This document shows, piece by piece, positions 22,591 through 24,000 of a DNA stretch of 24,000 bases; positions within the stretch are counted from its first letter, which is position 1; the number at the start of each line of letters is the position of its first letter. The position numbers were made by a program, and so were the translations under genes. Under the pieces are notes generated by a model that saw only the letters and a list, made by a program, of their open reading frames with translations, had not been told where the DNA came from and searched no databases. Source of the stretch: Patescibacteria group bacterium (GTDB lineage: Bacteria > Patescibacteriota > Minisyncoccia > Phycocordibacterales > DATDWN01). The stretch covers positions 28,055 to 52,054 of the forward strand of contig JACDEV010000005.1 in the NCBI GenBank assembly GCA_013816135.1, read 5' to 3'.

Positions 22591-24000
22591 TTATTTGACC
22601 CAGTGTTTTCCTCGTATTTTTTTGATTTCTTCCTCATCAGCTTCCTCTTTTGTCTGCCTTCCCTGCTTTCCGAGAGCTTCCAATTCCTTTTCCGGCATAG
22701 AAATAAGCTCTATAGCCTTATTTTCAAGATATTCCTCTGTATTTTTTGTTGGATCTTCCAACACTTCCTCTAAAAGTGCATGCAAAATAAATCCGATCTT
22801 CGGACCCGGATTGGTTTTTGTCACTTCGATTAGTTTTTTACCATCAATTTTCAACATCCCAACAGAAATTGGGTCACGCAATGCTTCATCAATCATAGAA
22901 TGATATTTTCTCAGACGGTATGGGTCTTCTTTGGGTCTGCCAGTTCCTATACGGTCACAGATGCGTAGATTCATTAGATCCCAGATATTTTCCCGTCCAA
23001 CATTTGCAATCATCCTACGGACCGCTGAGAGCGTTATCTGCTCAGTGTCAGAAAAGAACATATGCCATCGAATCATCGTTACCACCTTTTCAATAACTTT
23101 GCTTGGATATTTAAGTCTAGTAAGTATTTTTCTGGCTCTTCGTGCTCCTAAAACTTCATGACCATAAAAGGTCCAAGTGTTTTGTTCTTTACCCCATCTA
23201 CGTGACTCAGGTTTAGATATATCATGAAATAGAGCGCTTAATCTGATTTCTAAAGGATAGTTTTTATCTGCAGAGTGCTGAACAGAACGGATAAGATGTT
23301 CCCAAACATCATACGCATGGGCTCTGTTCTGCTCAATTCCAATGGTTTCCACAAGTTCTGGAAGCACATAAGGTAATAATCCCAGCTTTTTCATTGTTAG
23401 CAAAGCCATCATAGGATTATTGGACATAATCATCTTGGTAAATTCATCTCGAATTCGCTCCAAGGAAATATTTTTCAATAATTCTACGTTCTCTTGTATA
23501 GCTTTTTCAGTTTGAGGTTCAATTTCAAATTCTAATTCAGCACTAAACCTTACTGCTCGCAGGATTCTTAAACCATCTTCGGTAAAACGACTCAGAGGTT
23601 CCCCTACTGTTCTAATCGTTTTGTCTTTTATATCTTTCTTCCCTTCATATAGGTCAACAATCTTATTTTGCAATATGTTATAGGCCAAAGCGTTCATAGT
23701 AAAGTCCCGTCTTTGAAGATCGTCTTCTATTTTTTGACTAAAAACTACATTGTCTGGGTGTCTGTTATCAGAGTAGCCGGTTTCTAGTCTGTATGGAGTG
23801 ACTTCAACTACCTTTAGCGTCTCATTTTCTGTCTGTTCGTTCACCACACCTACAGTACCAAAGCTATTTTCATAAAATGTCTTAGAAAATGAAGATATTA
23901 TCTGCTCTGGAGTTGCGTTTGTCGTCACATCCCAGTCTTTAGGGGTTTTATTCAAAATAAGATCTCTCACGCATCCTCCTACCAAAAAAGCCTCAAAACC
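22591..24000 (-). CDS. cca: CCA-adding enzyme / poly(A) polymerase-family tRNA nucleotidyltransferase with HD domain (5' end outside the window)
   Basis: The frame is open to position 24000 (GFEAFLVGGCVRD...), so the track start at 23985 is internal. Motifs GGCVRD, RDFTMNA and the HD region (HDISK) are present. Confidence 0.88.
   Translation of the reverse strand, partial: GFEAFLVGGCVRDLILNKTPKDWDVTTNATPEQIISSFSKTFYENSFGTVGVVNEQTENETLKVVEVTPYRLETGYSDNRHPDNVVFSQKIEDDLQRRDFTMNALAYNILQNKIVDLYEGKKDIKDKTIRTVGEPLSRFTEDGLRILRAVRFSAELEFEIEPQTEKAIQENVELLKNISLERIRDEFTKMIMSNNPMMALLTMKKLGLLPYVLPELVETIGIEQNRAHAYDVWEHLIRSVQHSADKNYPLEIRLSALFHDISKPESRRWGKEQNTWTFYGHEVLGARRARKILTRLKYPSKVIEKVVTMIRWHMFFSDTEQITLSAVRRMIANVGRENIWDLMNLRICDRIGTGRPKEDPYRLRKYHSMIDEALRDPISVGMLKIDGKKLIEVTKTNPGPKIGFILHALLEEVLEDPTKNTEEYLENKAIELISMPEKELEALGKQGRQTKEEADEEEIKKIRGKHWVK

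Overview
This is an AT-rich, gene-dense window that looks like a small-genome bacterial chromosome. A CPR/Patescibacteria-like origin is my inference from gene content and protein style only. Most genes are ordinary housekeeping genes, mainly on the minus strand: rsmA, a UvrD/PcrA-type helicase, a LysM-M23 peptidase, a TrmB regulator, comM/yifB, a DksA/TraR zinc finger, an NYN protein, rpsO, a XerC/D-type recombinase, xth and a partial cca. Two edge-truncated ORFs are missing or shortened in the ORF track: 1..1359(-) and the cca 5' end. The outlier is a roughly 3.8 kb segment (about 9.43-13.25 kb). It is visibly richer in G+C, sits between two hairpin terminators, and has almost no credible long ORFs. 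On its minus strand I read three complete hammerhead ribozyme cores (CUGAUGA - stem II - GAAA) in type III topology, at 11131-11188, 11911-11966 and 12333-12386. Their stems I and II covary. The predicted cleavage sites lie 422 and 780 nt apart, 1202 nt in total, and bracket hairpin-dense RNA with GNRA tetraloops that appear only on the minus strand. A TTGACA-N17-TATACT promoter sits about 360 nt upstream. A near-identical divergent promoter drives a terminator-ended transcript of about 290 nt on the plus strand. Downstream of the ribozymes lie a lipoprotein gene and a 58-aa two-TM peptide gene, each preceded by a duplicated promoter/5'UTR module. I interpret this as a DNA-encoded locus producing ribozyme-processed, possibly circular (retrozyme- or viroid-like) RNA. 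This is an inference and needs experimental or covariance-model confirmation. Secondary observations are a PaaX-like gene bracketed by 40-52 bp palindromes, a TAAATCAT repeat array with 12-bp spacing, and a UbiA-prenyltransferase fusion.
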